64,000 nt of DNA from the human T2T-CHM13v2.0 reference genome, Homo sapiens: the NCBI RefSeq assembly GCF_009914755.1, contig NC_060926.1. One strand, given 5' to 3'. Both the position numbers and the translations under genes were made by a program. A model generated the notes under the pieces. It was not told the DNA's origin and ran no database searches. It was given only the letters and a program-made list of their open reading frames with translations. Shown piece after piece: positions 1 to 18,294 of the stretch (within the stretch, counting starts at the first letter, position 1; each line of letters starts with the position of its first letter).

Positions 1-333
1 ATACACACTGAAATGTTAACGGTTCCACGTTCTCTAAAGCAGGCATTCTTGACAGGTACAATACATCTCCCAATTGGGTAAAACTGGATCTTGGCACAGG
101 AGGGAGTGTGGAAAAAAGACTTTGACATTATTAATATAATAGTCTGTGGCCCTCCAAAGCGTCACAGTACATAAACAGATATACAGCATATATGTAGTAC
201 TGAAATTTTTAGGGTGGGAAAAAGTGATTAGGAGAAAATGTCTAAAAAGGCTAATTAGGGGTCAATAATTTTAAAAAGGTTGAAAAACATAGGGCATGAT
301 GCCAAAAAATAAGGCAAAGTTCCCCAGTGTGAG

Positions 334-385
334 GAATGAATGAATGAATGAATGAATAAATAAATAAATAAATAAATAAATAAAT
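334..385 (+). repeat. Compound microsatellite (GAAT)n(AAAT)n
   Basis: Seen directly. Confidence 0.9.
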
Positions 386-1512
386 GGTATGGGTTTCATA
401 TGTGCTGAGTACTGATTCTCTCAGGCCTTTGAGGATGCCAATCAAGGCCAGTAGCAGGGGTAGGGTTAGGGCCCTGGGGTATTTGTCCTTGGTCTGCAGC
501 ATCCTCTTCTATTTATTCCATTGTGCCTCCAAATATCATTTGCTGTGAGTGCTGTTATGTGAGAAAGGTTGGAAGCACTGAATTTCTACAACAAACATAC
601 TACTTTTTTAAGAGACAATTTTTATGATAAAAGTTTCCTTTGTGGAATACTGTTATCAATCTCTTCTTAGGCCTGGCATAATAGGGAGTCAAGAACACCA
701 AGTTTTATTTAGAATATGCTCAAAAAATGTCAACTGTCTAGCTGTGGACACATAGGAGACCCTACCCAGCCCACTAAATCTATTGAGGAGCAGTGGTCAT
801 TTTTTGTATAACTCTATACATGGAGTATATGACTCTACCCCCATAGTTAATGAACTATGTAATTATGTTCATTAATATAATAAGTAATAGGCACAGATAA
901 CTCAACTGTGATTCATCTGTGGATATTCCAATTATATGCTATTTCTATGTCCAGATTTTAAAAATGAATTGAGCTAAATTGACTCTTGAGAATCTAGAAT
1001 GGGAGAACTGAAAAACCAAATCACTTAACACTGGGAACTTGATGGACATTTATAAGTATGTGAGAATAAAACACATGTACATGAAGAAAATATGTGGCAT
1101 AGAGAAATCAGAACAGATGCACAGAGATGACACAGGGAGACCTGGAGACTCATGAAAGCACAGTTCCTCAGTTTTTAACACTGTCCCAGTTCCAACTCTC
1201 CTAGTACCCAACAATATTGATTTCTTTCCTTTGTCATTATTTTTTTAAGCTAGGTTGTGGGGATCTGTGTTCCTTGTACCCAGGAAAAACCTAACTAAAA
1301 TATAATTCGAACCTAAAAAAATGTTTTATGTTAAGAATAATCTTGCAGGAATCTGGCTTAGATGTAAAAATTAAAACCACACACATAATACCAGCATCCC
1401 TGGGTTAGAACACTACTTCTTGAAATGCTCCTCCTAGTTCTGTAAAGATCAAGGTAAGAATAAAGTAACTTGCTTTAGAAAGGTATTTTAAATAAGTTAA
1501 AAATATAAATAT

Positions 1513-2245
<733 letters not shown>

Positions 2246-2262
2246 TCTTGAAAATAACTTTA

Positions 2263-2620
2263 GGAGTACTATGCAGCCATAAAAGGAATGAGATCATGTC
2301 CTTTGCAGGGACATGTATGAAGCTAGAAGTCATCATCCTCAGCAAACTAACACAGGAACAGAAAACCACACACTGCATATTCTCACTCATAGGTGGGAGT
2401 TGAAAAATGAGAACACATGGACACAGGGAGGGGAACAACATATGCCACAGCCTGCGGGTGGGTGGAGGGAGGGAGAGCATAAGGACAGACAGCTAATGCA
2501 TGTGGGGCTTAAAACCTAGATGATGGGTTGAAAGGTGCAGCAAACCACCATGGCACATGTATACCTATGTAACAAGCCTGCACATTGTACACATGTATCC
2601 TGGAAAAATTTTAAAAATAA
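2263..2620 (+). mobile_element. 5'-truncated L1 (L1PA-type 3' end)
   Basis: Typical L1 3' end (tactatgcagccataaaaaggaatgagatcatgtcctttgcagggacatg...accaccatggcacatgtatacctatgtaac), flanked by TSD aaaataactttag. Confidence 0.9.
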
Positions 2621-2846
2621 AATAACTTTAGAGTGGTTGGTCTATAGATTCCTTCTTACTGAAAACTATGTGCAGGACTGGTTGTTAAAAAAAAGAACTA
2701 TGGAGAAATTGAAGCAAATGCTTTTTAGATGAGAAACATGATCATATAGAACACCACTGTTTAACCTACCAGACTACTTTTGTGTATCCTATAAAGCAAT
2801 TTCTGCTACTAGCAGAAACGAGTGTATATTTCACCCCCTCAAATAC

Positions 2847-2990
2847 CTTGAACATCTCTTCCCATAATTTCCACATAGTTCTGATCTTTTAAGACCTCCT
2901 GGTCATCTTCCTCCAAATCATATTCTGGCTTCTTTATTATTTTTTTGGGGTTGACCAAAAGCTGCGCTCGCTCCTTCTTCAATTTAGCTC
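2847..2990 (-). CDS. ORC2: ORC2 coding exon 4 (144 nt)
   Basis: Encodes (G)[47 protein letters not shown], which I recognise as the ORC2 N-terminal region. Acceptor cttatag|GA, donor CAAG|gtattt; phase 1 matches exon 3. Confidence 0.97.
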
Positions 2991-3475
2991 CTATAAGAAC
3001 ATCCAAAGAAATAGAGCATGACAGGTATAAATTCTTTCTAAACATTACATTTAAATAAGAAATTATAATATTTATATTGTCATTACTTAAAAGCTGGGAA
3101 AAAAGCTTTCTCTTTGATTAAAACTGACCACTCTGACCACTCTTCCACAGTTTATATAGTTAAAAAAAAAAACACACACAATCTTGAAAGTATATATTTT
3201 TAGGGTTCAAAATAACCACATATTTTAAATTACAATGGGTAGTTATTAGTGACTACCACTCCTGGGCATTTTGTTTTATATTAGGCTTTACTGAACATTT
3301 TCAATTAAAGTTTGAAAGAATTAAACTAAAAATTAAAGCAGTTTTTATTTAGTTTTACTAACCAGATCAATCCTTTGCGCTATATTTTCAAAAGAAAATG
3401 TTAAAAGTTTTAAAAGTGAAATAATCCATAAACATTATAATAAGCATCTCTTCAAATTGTACAATCACTTAATAC

Positions 3476-3569
3476 CTCCTTCTCTATCTAGAATGTGATT
3501 AAGAACATCATCATCTCCCACAAAGTGAACCTCCAGCATCTTGTCTTCCTTTAATTCTGGTTTACTCAT
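3476..3569 (-). CDS. ORC2: ORC2 first coding segment (exon 3 = 3476-3579; ATG at 3569-3567)
   Basis: Encodes [31 protein letters not shown]. Acceptor tttgtttag|GTTGGCAACAATG, donor GGAG|gtatta; 94 coding nt. Confidence 0.97.
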
Positions 3570-4464
3570 TGTTGCCAACCTAAACAAAAACAGTAAGTTA
3601 CTCAAAAGTGATGAAGAATTCATATCAACCACCAAATTAAACATTCACATAATGAATACATGTCTTTATCTAATATTTTTAAAGTCTTTTTAAGTATAAA
3701 AAATACATTATGCATTACTGTATTACTACATATTCAACTGTAGGTAACTCAATTCTTTATCTAAAAAATTGGGGAGGCAAAGAGATTCTGAGATTTGAGA
3801 AGAGCTAAATCCAATCAAGGTAGCTAAAATATACTCAGAAAAATAAAATAAAATATTCTCAGAAAAACAATTTTAAGTTTTAATGAAAGCTCTAACCAAT
3901 CCAGATAAGCACATTAACAGAAAGGGGGTGGTTAATACATGAGTGTTTAGAAAAGTGACAGCCAAACAAAGAATAATGCTTTAATGGATTTTATTATCTG
4001 TTCACTAGAAAGCTACAGTCAATTGTGGGGAGTCTGTTAAACTTCACTTGTGTCCTAAGCCTGGATCAAAAAACCCTCAAGCACCTCCCTTTACTTTTAT
4101 GGAATGCTTACCAAACAACTTTACAAATATGAATATGGCTTTCTAGATATCTTGGTAACTAAACAGTAAACACAAATCTTTCGAACACTTTACACTCAGT
4201 TCCTCACTGAACAAACCTCCAGAGTTTGGCAAGCAAAAGTTTGATCAACTCTGGCTAGTCTCACAAAATGAACTTTCAGAACTTACTATGCTACTGGCCT
4301 GAAAATAACTAATGATGATTTTAACTGCTGCCAGCTAATCAGTTTACCCAAAAAATGTAAACTAAGATTCAGTGTTCTTGGTGATTTCTTTTCTCTTCTC
4401 TCTTTCTTACAATCTTGTTTTCACCTTTTCTTTTGGCAGGAGAAACTATTGACTGTGTCTCTCT

Positions 4465-6895
<2,431 letters not shown>

Positions 6896-8689
6896 CGCTA
6901 AATGCTTGTTTTGACCTCTGAAAACCATTCATAATAGGTCTAATTATTTCTCTACATGTCAATTAGGGTTAGGGTATTCTATAGCAGGTAACTATAGAAT
7001 GTCCAAACTGGAAAGTTTCTCTAACTTTCCAGTTCATTGGGTGAAACATCACTAGTTCTATCAAGCATACTTCAAAGAGCATGGCCAGAGTCAGCATAAT
7101 CTACATTATTTTACTTAATTATACACTGCTGTGTACTACAAAGGATTTGAAGCAGTGACAATGAGCAAATGCAATAAAACAAATTATAATTTATAAATGC
7201 TAATAGGGAGTCTGCATCAGAAAAAATATAAAGGAAAGCAGAAAATAAAATCACACAATGAATTTTTGGCTCTGAGCTTCCTGGCAATCAAAGCAAAAAG
7301 CAAGTAAAGGTCGGTTACGTAATTCTTATTGGCAAAAGTTTAGTTGTTCTTGGGGATGTGGGGACAAGATTTTCTAGGAAAATTTAAAAACAAATATTCT
7401 AGGCAACTGAGTATTGTCCTAGGCAATTTCCCTATGGTATTCTACACAAGAATTGCCTGGAGAGAGGCAGCCTGAGACTTGTTTGTAGCCAAGTGCATTT
7501 ATACAAACATTTCCTTTTCTAATTTTGGAGCATCTTATTAAATAGTACAAAATCACCAAATTAAAGAAAATGTCTACAAAGACCTCATGAGAAACGTTTC
7601 CTTCTTTGCTTTCCAACAGTTCCTGAAAAACAAACGAACAAAAAAACCTAACAATCACACAATAAAATGCAATATTTAGTGACCATTATGACCCCTCAAG
7701 GCACTGCCTTGGTGCTTATAGGCCAACCCCTTTCAAGGAGTTACTTCAAGGCAATTCTGCAGCACCAAGTGTTAGCATTGCACCAAGTGGTAGCAACACA
7801 CTCTCCTTTGAAAACAAATAAAAGATTTGCTGTAATTTTTAAAAACATAATCCTTTGAAAAAGAAGGTTGGATAGATTAGTGGTTAAACACCAATTTTAA
7901 TATTGGAGAAACCTGAGTTCCAATCTCCACTCCATACTTTATAACTGTGTGACTTTGTCCAAAGTCCTGACGATTAAATGAAATGATGTGCCTGATATAT
8001 AAAAGAGCATCACTGAATGCTCCCAATTATCGGTATTTTTACTTTAACCTTTTTCTTTTTTAGCTCCTTACTGCAGTGCACTGAGATATTTTTACTTTAA
8101 ACTTCAACTTAACCATGCAGATCTCTTGTACATCTCTAACTCATTCAACATCTAACAGAAAAACTGCTCAATAAGTGATGATGTCCGTTTAACGTGCAGT
8201 GCCCTTATATAACGGTGTAGGGCCGTGCTATTTTTCTTCAGATTGCAATTTAACTGCGGGAAAGTGTAATGATTCTATTAGGATTTCAATTGTAAAATGA
8301 AAAGTAACGTCTCAACATCTTTTTAATTAAAAAGCTCTACCAAAAGAGCCTGGCTTATCAACATTTTACAGCCAAGCATGGCTCCAAGGTGACCGATCAG
8401 TTAGCTGGCAGGACACATTGGTGCCTCCAGGCTGGGATGACATCAAAGGTTCTAGCTACAGTGGTTCTGGGACGCGATCTCTTCCTCTTCATACCTCACA
8501 GGGCACTTTACCACTGTCGTTACACATCTTCACAGTTCTCCTTTTCCAACCAGAGGGCTTCGTAAGCTGGGAATCAGGTAGGTTAGTATCAGGCGTCCCT
8601 TGCACAAAAGGCCTATAACTGCGGGGCAGACTAACGAAAGGTCCTCCCAGAGTGAGCCTCTCACCTCAAGTCTTAAAGGACTTTGGCCT

Positions 8690-9340
8690 GCGCCTCCAGC
8701 CTCTGGCCAGTTGGCTGCGCTCCACCAGTAAGGGTTCTCGAGCCCCCGGGCAGCCTGCGGGGGGCAGCGAGGCGCAAAGACCATGCCCCAAGTGCCGAGG
8801 GAAAGTCCTGAGATGCGCGACTTGGGACGCTAGGGGCCAAGCTCCGACGCGGGGCTGGGTGCACCTGGACGCACCTCACACGCCGCGAGCTAAGCAGAAA
8901 AGGGAGGCAGGCTGCCCCGACACCCCACTACTCACCGCTAGGTTTCCGTCTGGCGCCGATCCGGCTGCGTCACGCCGGCCGAACGACACCCCGCTGAGTC
9001 GCCGCCGCAGGGAAGGTACCTTCGGCCCCAACGGGAAAAGCCAATTTCCAGTAATTCGCGCCCGACCACCGGGGAGGTAAGGAGCACCGGAGGCCAGCTG
9101 GGGGATGGGAAGCCTGCGTGCGGCACACCGAATCTCCCGCCCTGTTCAGGGGGCGGTGCCCGAGGAAGCCAATAGGAAGAGGAGTCGGCCAAGAGCGACG
9201 GCTCTGCCGTCCAGTCGGCGCCGGCCATTCGGCCCCGCCCATCAGGAAACCTGAGGAAAACGGATTCTTGGGCCCTGAGTTGTGGGCCTTACCTTTCCTT
9301 TCTTCTTTCCGTTTCCGGGGAAGGGAAAAGGAAGTGTTGT
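8690..9340. promoter_or_regulatory. CpG-island promoter of ORC2 (TATA-less, possibly bidirectional)
   Basis: Only GC- and CpG-rich unique stretch in the window. CCAAT at 9041-9045 and 9169-9173; GC boxes at 9149-9156 and 9233-9240; E2F-like ATTCGCGC at 9054-9061 and TCTCCCGC at 9133-9140; CRE-like TGCGTCA at 8966-8972; ETS-like TTCCGTTTCCGG at ~9307-9318. Confidence 0.9.
8936..9110 (-). other. ORC2: ORC2 non-coding exon 1 (TSS approximate)
   Basis: Strong donor GCG|gtgagt (GT at 8935-8934) inside the CpG island; no AUG in this stretch. The TSS is estimated from the CCAAT/GC boxes upstream. Confidence 0.8.
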
Positions 9341-9420
9341 TTGGATCTGAGGAAGTTTGCACAGTAGCTGGCTGAGTGGTAGCTGTTTGTCTTGTAGCAA
9401 TCTTTAAAAAGTGTTCTTTG

Positions 9421-9733
<313 letters not shown>

Positions 9734-10761
9734 TCATTGGTTTCCCAGCTACCTTTTGAAGAAAAAGGTAATGGAAATTGATTCGCATTTCTTTTTTAAA
9801 GATTTTCTTCATTTGGCGTGAAAGGTAGGATCTTGTACATCTCCAGGGTTTGGGGTAGGGAGAAGAAGAGACGTTAGGAGAAGCACTGAATATGGAGATG
9901 GGATCGGACGGCTAGTGGGATGAAGAGGCTGGGGAAATAGAATGAATAGACAGAGAAAATGATTGACTTCAACTATCCAAAATATAAAAAAGACAAGACA
10001 GAGAAAATGAGGAAGAAAAGGAATGAACCTGGATGGGATCCATACAGTATTAAGAACAGGGTATTGTTTCATTTGGATTCACTTACTCAAAACAAAACTA
10101 CAGAGTACTCTGCGAACAGAAGATAAGTATTCATTATCGAGCGAGACAACTACGATCTCTGCATTCACTGTAGTTACCTAGCACGTGAAGATATTGAACG
10201 GACAATATTGAGAAAAATACCATGATATGGGAAGTGCATTGGAGCACATGGTAGGAGTAGCTAATTAAAAGCCCAGAAGGAGTCAGGAACAATTTTCTAG
10301 GAGGAAGAGATGTTTAAACTGAAACCCCTGTGTTGAATAGATTTAAAACAGGCCAAGAGGGGTAAAATTTTCCAGGTAGAAGGTCCAAATCCGTGTAACA
10401 GCTGTGTAAAATGCCAAGCATTGGGTCTGTTATTATGAAGGGCTTAGTTGGCCCTTAGGGCACTGGTCAGATTTGTATTGAAAGATCTTTGGATAAAGGA
10501 GGTAGGATTGGGAGGGAAGATATAGAGTCACAAGATTTGGGAGCTGTTTAGGAAATCCAGTTGAGAAAGAAATGATCATAGCCTTGATACCTCATTATTC
10601 CATTTTGGCTAGGTGGAGTTAAGAAAATGGAAGAGAAAGGCAATTTTTTGTGCATTATAAATAAGAATTTGGGGAGTGACTAGAGACAGAAGATAAAGAG
10701 AACATAGCTCAACAGTTAACAATGATGTGTTTGAAGAGTGTTTAAAAATGTGAAGATGACT

Positions 10762-10930
10762 AGCCCAGCACACACACCTGTAATCCCAGCTACTTGTGAG
10801 GCTGAGAAAAGGAAGATTGTTTGCATCCCAGAGTTCCAGGATGCAGTGAGCAGTGATCTCACTTGTGAATAGCCACTGCACTCCAGCCTGGGCAACACAT
10901 CGAGACCCCATTTCTTAAAAAAGAAAAGAA
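10762..10930 (+). mobile_element. FAM-like (fossil Alu monomer, 7SL-derived)
   Basis: Monomer retaining the 7SL-specific tgtgaatagccactgcactccagcctgggcaac segment. Confidence 0.7.
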
Positions 10931-11915
10931 ATTTGAAAAAAAGATGAAGATCTAGGAATGTTGAATAGATATGTTCAACTTATGTGTGTTTTTTATATAT
11001 ATAATTTTTTTTTTTTGAGATGCAGTCTCCCTCTGCCGCCCAGGCTGGAGTGCAGTGGCAACATTACTGTTCACTGCAGCCTCGACTATCTGCTCTCAAC
11101 CAAACCTCCCACCTCAGCTTCCTGAGTAGCTGTGACTGCAGGCGCACACCACCATACCCGGCTAATTTTTGTATTTTTTGTAGAGTGGGGGTTTCACCAT
11201 ATTGCTCTGGCTGGTCTCCAACTCCAGAGCTCAAGTGATCCACTCATCTCGGCCTCCAAAAGTGTTGGGATTACAGGTGTGAGCCACTGCACCTGGCTGT
11301 TTTTTTATATTTCTATGATGTCAGTAAACTCCCCTTCATTCCTCTCCTTCTCACATCTTGAAAAAAGGCTTCTACAGACCACAGAGGCCTTGGTGTGAGT
11401 GGTGGGTTTGGATGTAGTTTTTATGGTATATGTGTGGAAAATAGAGGGAAGGAGCTGAGTTTTGCTTTTAGGTTGACACTAAGATAAAAACAAAGAGCCA
11501 TACCTTCAGAATGGAGACACAGGATTTAGGAGCAGCAGGAAGCTGAAGTCAGAGGGGACCATAAAATGGCAACTCCCCATGTATTCACGGAAATTTTGCG
11601 CAGGGCAAGTAGACTGTTCCAAAGGGGGAAATAGAAGCTCAATACTATAAGAGTAGAGGCACAAGCAGCTAATTGGGTAATAGTTTGAAATTTAGGGACT
11701 GGCTTTTAAAAATCTAATCTATGAAACAGGGTGAATTGAAGACTTTTTAAATACCAGTAAAATAATAATCAGAATTTTTTATTGAAGTTAGTAAACATAA
11801 AATTAACAGAATAGAAAAACAGGTTAACATAAGTTGGTTAGCTGGAATCCAGGCCTGAAAGGGGGAAGCCAGTAAGAAGCCTATTCCTTTCACAGAACTC
11901 CAGGTGGTAGTCTCA

Positions 11916-12374
<459 letters not shown>

Positions 12375-13329
12375 TTATAAGGTGAACCGAGAGGATCTAG
12401 ACTCTACCACTAGGCACAACTGAGAGTAGAAATGAGGTCATACTGAAATGGGGAGGATAAGCTCAGGACCTCGTCTTACTTGGCTCCCAGAACGCTGGCA
12501 ATGAGTCATATATCCCCTGGGCATTAAATTTAAAGACTTTTTCAGGCAAGCTAATCAGAAAAGAGAGGAGGCCCCAATTGAAAAAGCCAGTTTATTAATA
12601 TAGACCTACGCTGACACCTACTAGCTGATAAGCTAGTCCCTGCACGCTGAGCTTCTGATCAATTTTAGCATTACCAAACTTTGGAATAAAGCCTCAGCTC
12701 TGAAAAAGAAAAAAAATAAAGCAGGAGCAAACATACTATGTAGAACCCAGAGAAAAATTTACTCAAAACTGTAATAAACTCTTGACATTTTATATCTATT
12801 AAAAAAGGAATGTAAAAAGGAATGTGAGTCATCAAATTTAGATTCTTTAAGGAGAAAATTCTTAAAGTTTTAATTAATTTTTAAATAGACTGCAGAATCA
12901 AGATGATAGCAGCTTATATTTTTCTTCACCTGTGATCTCATCTGTCAGCACACTGAAGAAAATCAGAATCTTTATAAATTTCTTCTTCAAGGAGATGACT
13001 GAGTTAAAAAATTAAATCTTTTTTTAAATTTTTTTATATTCAAACAAGGTTTTTTACCGAAACCATATTTTACTTGATCAAATTCAAGAATATGATCTCA
13101 GTTCATATCTTCCAAATTGAAATATAATCTAAATAGCTGTATAGATATCTGTGAGAGATCTAGATTAAGCAACCAGAACTAAGTAGGTCTTATGAACAAG
13201 TTAAGATACATTTATATTGGTTCCTAAGTTTGGGAAACTCAGTTAACTTTTGTCTTTGCCAGTATCGTGAAAAGCTTCATATTGATGCTATTGCTCCTTG
13301 AAAAAAATCCATTTTCTCCCTGGGTCTTT

Positions 13330-14560
13330 GAACAGTTTATTTAATAAAATTTTTGAGCCCCTACCTCAACCAGGGGCATAATGCCCAGGTATGGCCCTTA
13401 CCCTTAAGGAATTTAGAATTTAGTTCGGTAGAAAGAATCAGATAATTTCAACACAAAAGGGTGTAGGCTGGGCCCAGTGGCTGACACCTGTAGTCCCAAC
13501 AGCTTGGGAGGCTGAGGCGAGAGGAGCACTGGAGCCCAGGAGTTTGAGGTCACTCTGAGCACATAGGGAGACCCCCATCTGTACCAAAAAAAACACAAAA
13601 ATTCAAAAAGGTGTACTGAGAACTACAAGGACAACTGCCATTTAGCTTAATCTAGGGGTTGGGTTGGGGGATAGCAGAGGAACGGCCAATCCAATTTCAA
13701 AAGACAAGTAGACTTAAGCAAAAGAGAAAGTACTGGAGAAGAGATTTCAGGAAGAAAGTACAAACTGGGTGTGGCAGTACAAAGGACAAAGGGTGTGATT
13801 GTGCAAATGAGTATGGTAGTACAAAGCACTTTGTTGTTACTTAAGAATGATAGGAGATGGAGTAGAAGTAGGCCACAGGGCCTTGTATGCAGGCTAAATA
13901 ACATGGAATTTATCCCCTATATTGGAACCACTGGATAATTTTAACCAGGGCACTGATAAGCATTTAATATCCATCACTAAGGAGGATAAATTTAAGGGCA
14001 AGGAGTCTAGTTAGGAGGCTATTGAAGCAGTCGATATGAAGAGGATATGAGTTTGTGCTGTAGTAGTAAAGATGGGAAGGATTAATTAAAAAAAAAAGGG
14101 GGCAGTCAGCAGGATTTGGAGACTGGATAATAGAGGTGAGGGAGAGAGGAGATATAATTCTCAGGTTTCTGGCTTGGTTGCCTGGATTAGTTTATTGGTG
14201 TGATGTGAGAGAGAGATTACTGATAGAGGAAAAAGGTAGATGAGTTTAGTTTAAAGCATCTTAACTTTGAAGTGCCTGAGAGATATCCAGCTATCCAGCA
14301 GCCAGTTGGATTTAAAAGTCTAACATTCAAGAGGTCTAGGCCTAGAGATACAGATCTAGGGTCATCCGTTTATAGATTTAAGCCAAGTGGCGAAAATGAG
14401 AACTGTGCAGGGAGTGTGAGAAAAATAAGAAATAATGTGAGATACCTCTCATTTGAGACAGGCAGCAAGGGGATAAGGATAGTTACAGATAGAGTTCAGA
14501 ACTTTGAAGTGGTGGTGGGAAACAGGAAATTAAGCATATTTATTCTAGCATGATGGCCTC
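13330..14560 (-). mobile_element. Degraded L2 (LINE2)
   Basis: Purine-rich L2 antisense signatures (aggattt..gactggat, tcaggtttctggcttgg, tgagtttagtttaaagcat, gagatatcca). Confidence 0.65.
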
Positions 14561-14929
14561 CATTTCATAGAAAAAGAGTTGAGGCTGCTGAGAAAGTGAT
14601 ACTTTATGTGCTGAAGCTGCGGAATAGAAACTAAAGGGAATGAGAAAGGGGACAGGCCAAGAAGTACAAGGGTCCATTGAAAATGTATTAACACCTACAG
14701 TGTTCAGTGGCCTGAGTTAGGGAATAGAGAAGGCAGACTAAAGCATTAATATGGATGGGTCTATTCTTTGGGGTGGAGGTATATTTATGGAATGGGTTAA
14801 TGATACTTCTTTCTTGTATTGTCAGTTACTATACTAGGTGTTTCTCTAGGAAAAATTTATTATTGAGTCAGGTTCTGGACAGAAGAGAGAAAGCTTACCT
14901 ATGCCAAAGATTGGTATAGCATTAAAGAG

Positions 14930-15401
<472 letters not shown>

Positions 15402-15565
15402 GAGCTAGAGACAATTAAAAATTGGCAATAAAATTTTTTGTGAGATACGCAGTGGCCTAGATCATGTATGTTAAACACACACTTGATAAAGTTTCAATAG
15501 ATCTAGAATGTCAGTGGCAGATGCCTCAGCAAATAACTTCTACCCTGAAATTTTTTTATATGTCA

Positions 15566-16196
<631 letters not shown>

Positions 16197-16251
16197 TCAC
16201 GAGGTCAGGAGATGGAGACCATCCTGGCTAACACGGTGAAACCCCGTCTCA

Positions 16252-16467
<216 letters not shown>

Positions 16468-16636
16468 TCAGTGTAACATTTGTGAATAAAGGAAATATAT
16501 ATAGATTTCTTAACATTCTGTAATTTTACTTGGAGGAAGTGAAGAAAGCCTATGTTTGGGGAATTGCCTACTGAATATTGGAGAGAATAAAATAAAAAGC
16601 CTATTGAATATGAGTGTTTTGTTTTGAGACTATTAG

Positions 16637-16777
<141 letters not shown>

Positions 16778-16827
16778 TAGCTAGGATCACAAGGGTGCGC
16801 TACCACACCCAGCTAATTTTAGTATAG

Positions 16828-17049
<222 letters not shown>

Positions 17050-17559
17050 TAAAAATTTAACATTAAATCATAACATAGTCATCAGCCCAACAAAGTTCTG
17101 CTTTCCTCCCATGCTACCCAGCAGCTTTTTTGTGTGGATGGGAAGGGTCATAGGAAGAACTGTCATATAATTTTAAGTTTTATATTTTGGCAGTCTCTTC
17201 TGCTTTATTATGCTGTAAAATAGCTTTTCTCAACTGAGCTTCCTTACGTGAACCACAAAAAGACTATTTTCTCATTTTCCCTCAGGATGGTACACAAGAA
17301 CCACTGTATATTACATAGGAGAGAAGTTAACTTATAACTGTGGATACTTAGGATGTTAGGGCTTGATTCTTTCATGGATTTAGTTTGCCTATTAGCAATC
17401 TAGCTCTGTTGAGATCCAACCCCTCCCTTTCTTCCCGTCCTTCACAGGGGGACTGGCTTTCTGGGGTAGGTGCTTGGCAAGTGTACTAATAGTTGAGAAC
17501 AATCAATGCAATTATGCAGTATATTACGATGTTTAAGTTCACAAGTGCATTCGCCTGAG

Positions 17560-17755
17560 TGTCTATGTTCAATGTTAGCTCTTCCACTTACTAGCTCTGT
17601 GACTTTGGACAGCTGTACTTTACTTTTCTCATAAAAGAAGAATAGTACTTATCTAATGCTGTTGTACTGAGTATTAAATGAATGACTGCATTTTCTTTAA
17701 AGTGTTTAGAATAGTGCCTGGCACATCCTAAGCACCCAATAATGTTAGTTATTGT
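17560..17755 (+). mobile_element. MIR
   Basis: ccacttactagctctgtgactttgg...agaatagtgcctggcacat...aataatgttagttatt. Confidence 0.8.
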
Positions 17756-17817
17756 TTAATTTACATGGGAAGAATCTTTGTACCATAAAATACTGTGACT
17801 TACCTGGACAAGAGTTG

Positions 17818-17838
17818 TATGTGTGGGGATAGTGTGTA

Positions 17839-17869
<31 letters not shown>

Positions 17870-17880
17870 GTGTGTGTATA
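17818..17880 (+). repeat. (TG)n/(TATG)n microsatellite
   Basis: Seen directly. Confidence 0.85.
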
Positions 17881-17997
17881 TAAAGTGCCTCCACTATTCT
17901 ATTAATATCACAATTATATTACAATACCTTAAAGGAAAATATTACTTTTCCTGTTGTACTTCTGTATTTTCTTTTGTTTTTTGTTTGTTTGTTTTGA

Positions 17998-18294
<297 letters not shown>

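Noticed and set aside
7557-7622. Strong minus-strand acceptor (tttgttcgtttgtttttcag) in ORC2 intron 1
   Set aside because: Only weak donors nearby (GAG|gtcttt, TTG|gtgatt), so an exon cannot be supported without RNA data.
8530-9375. Overlapping 68-142 aa ORFs in the CpG island
   Set aside because: Expected from stop-codon scarcity in GC-rich DNA; no recognisable protein, and several start at non-ATG codons.
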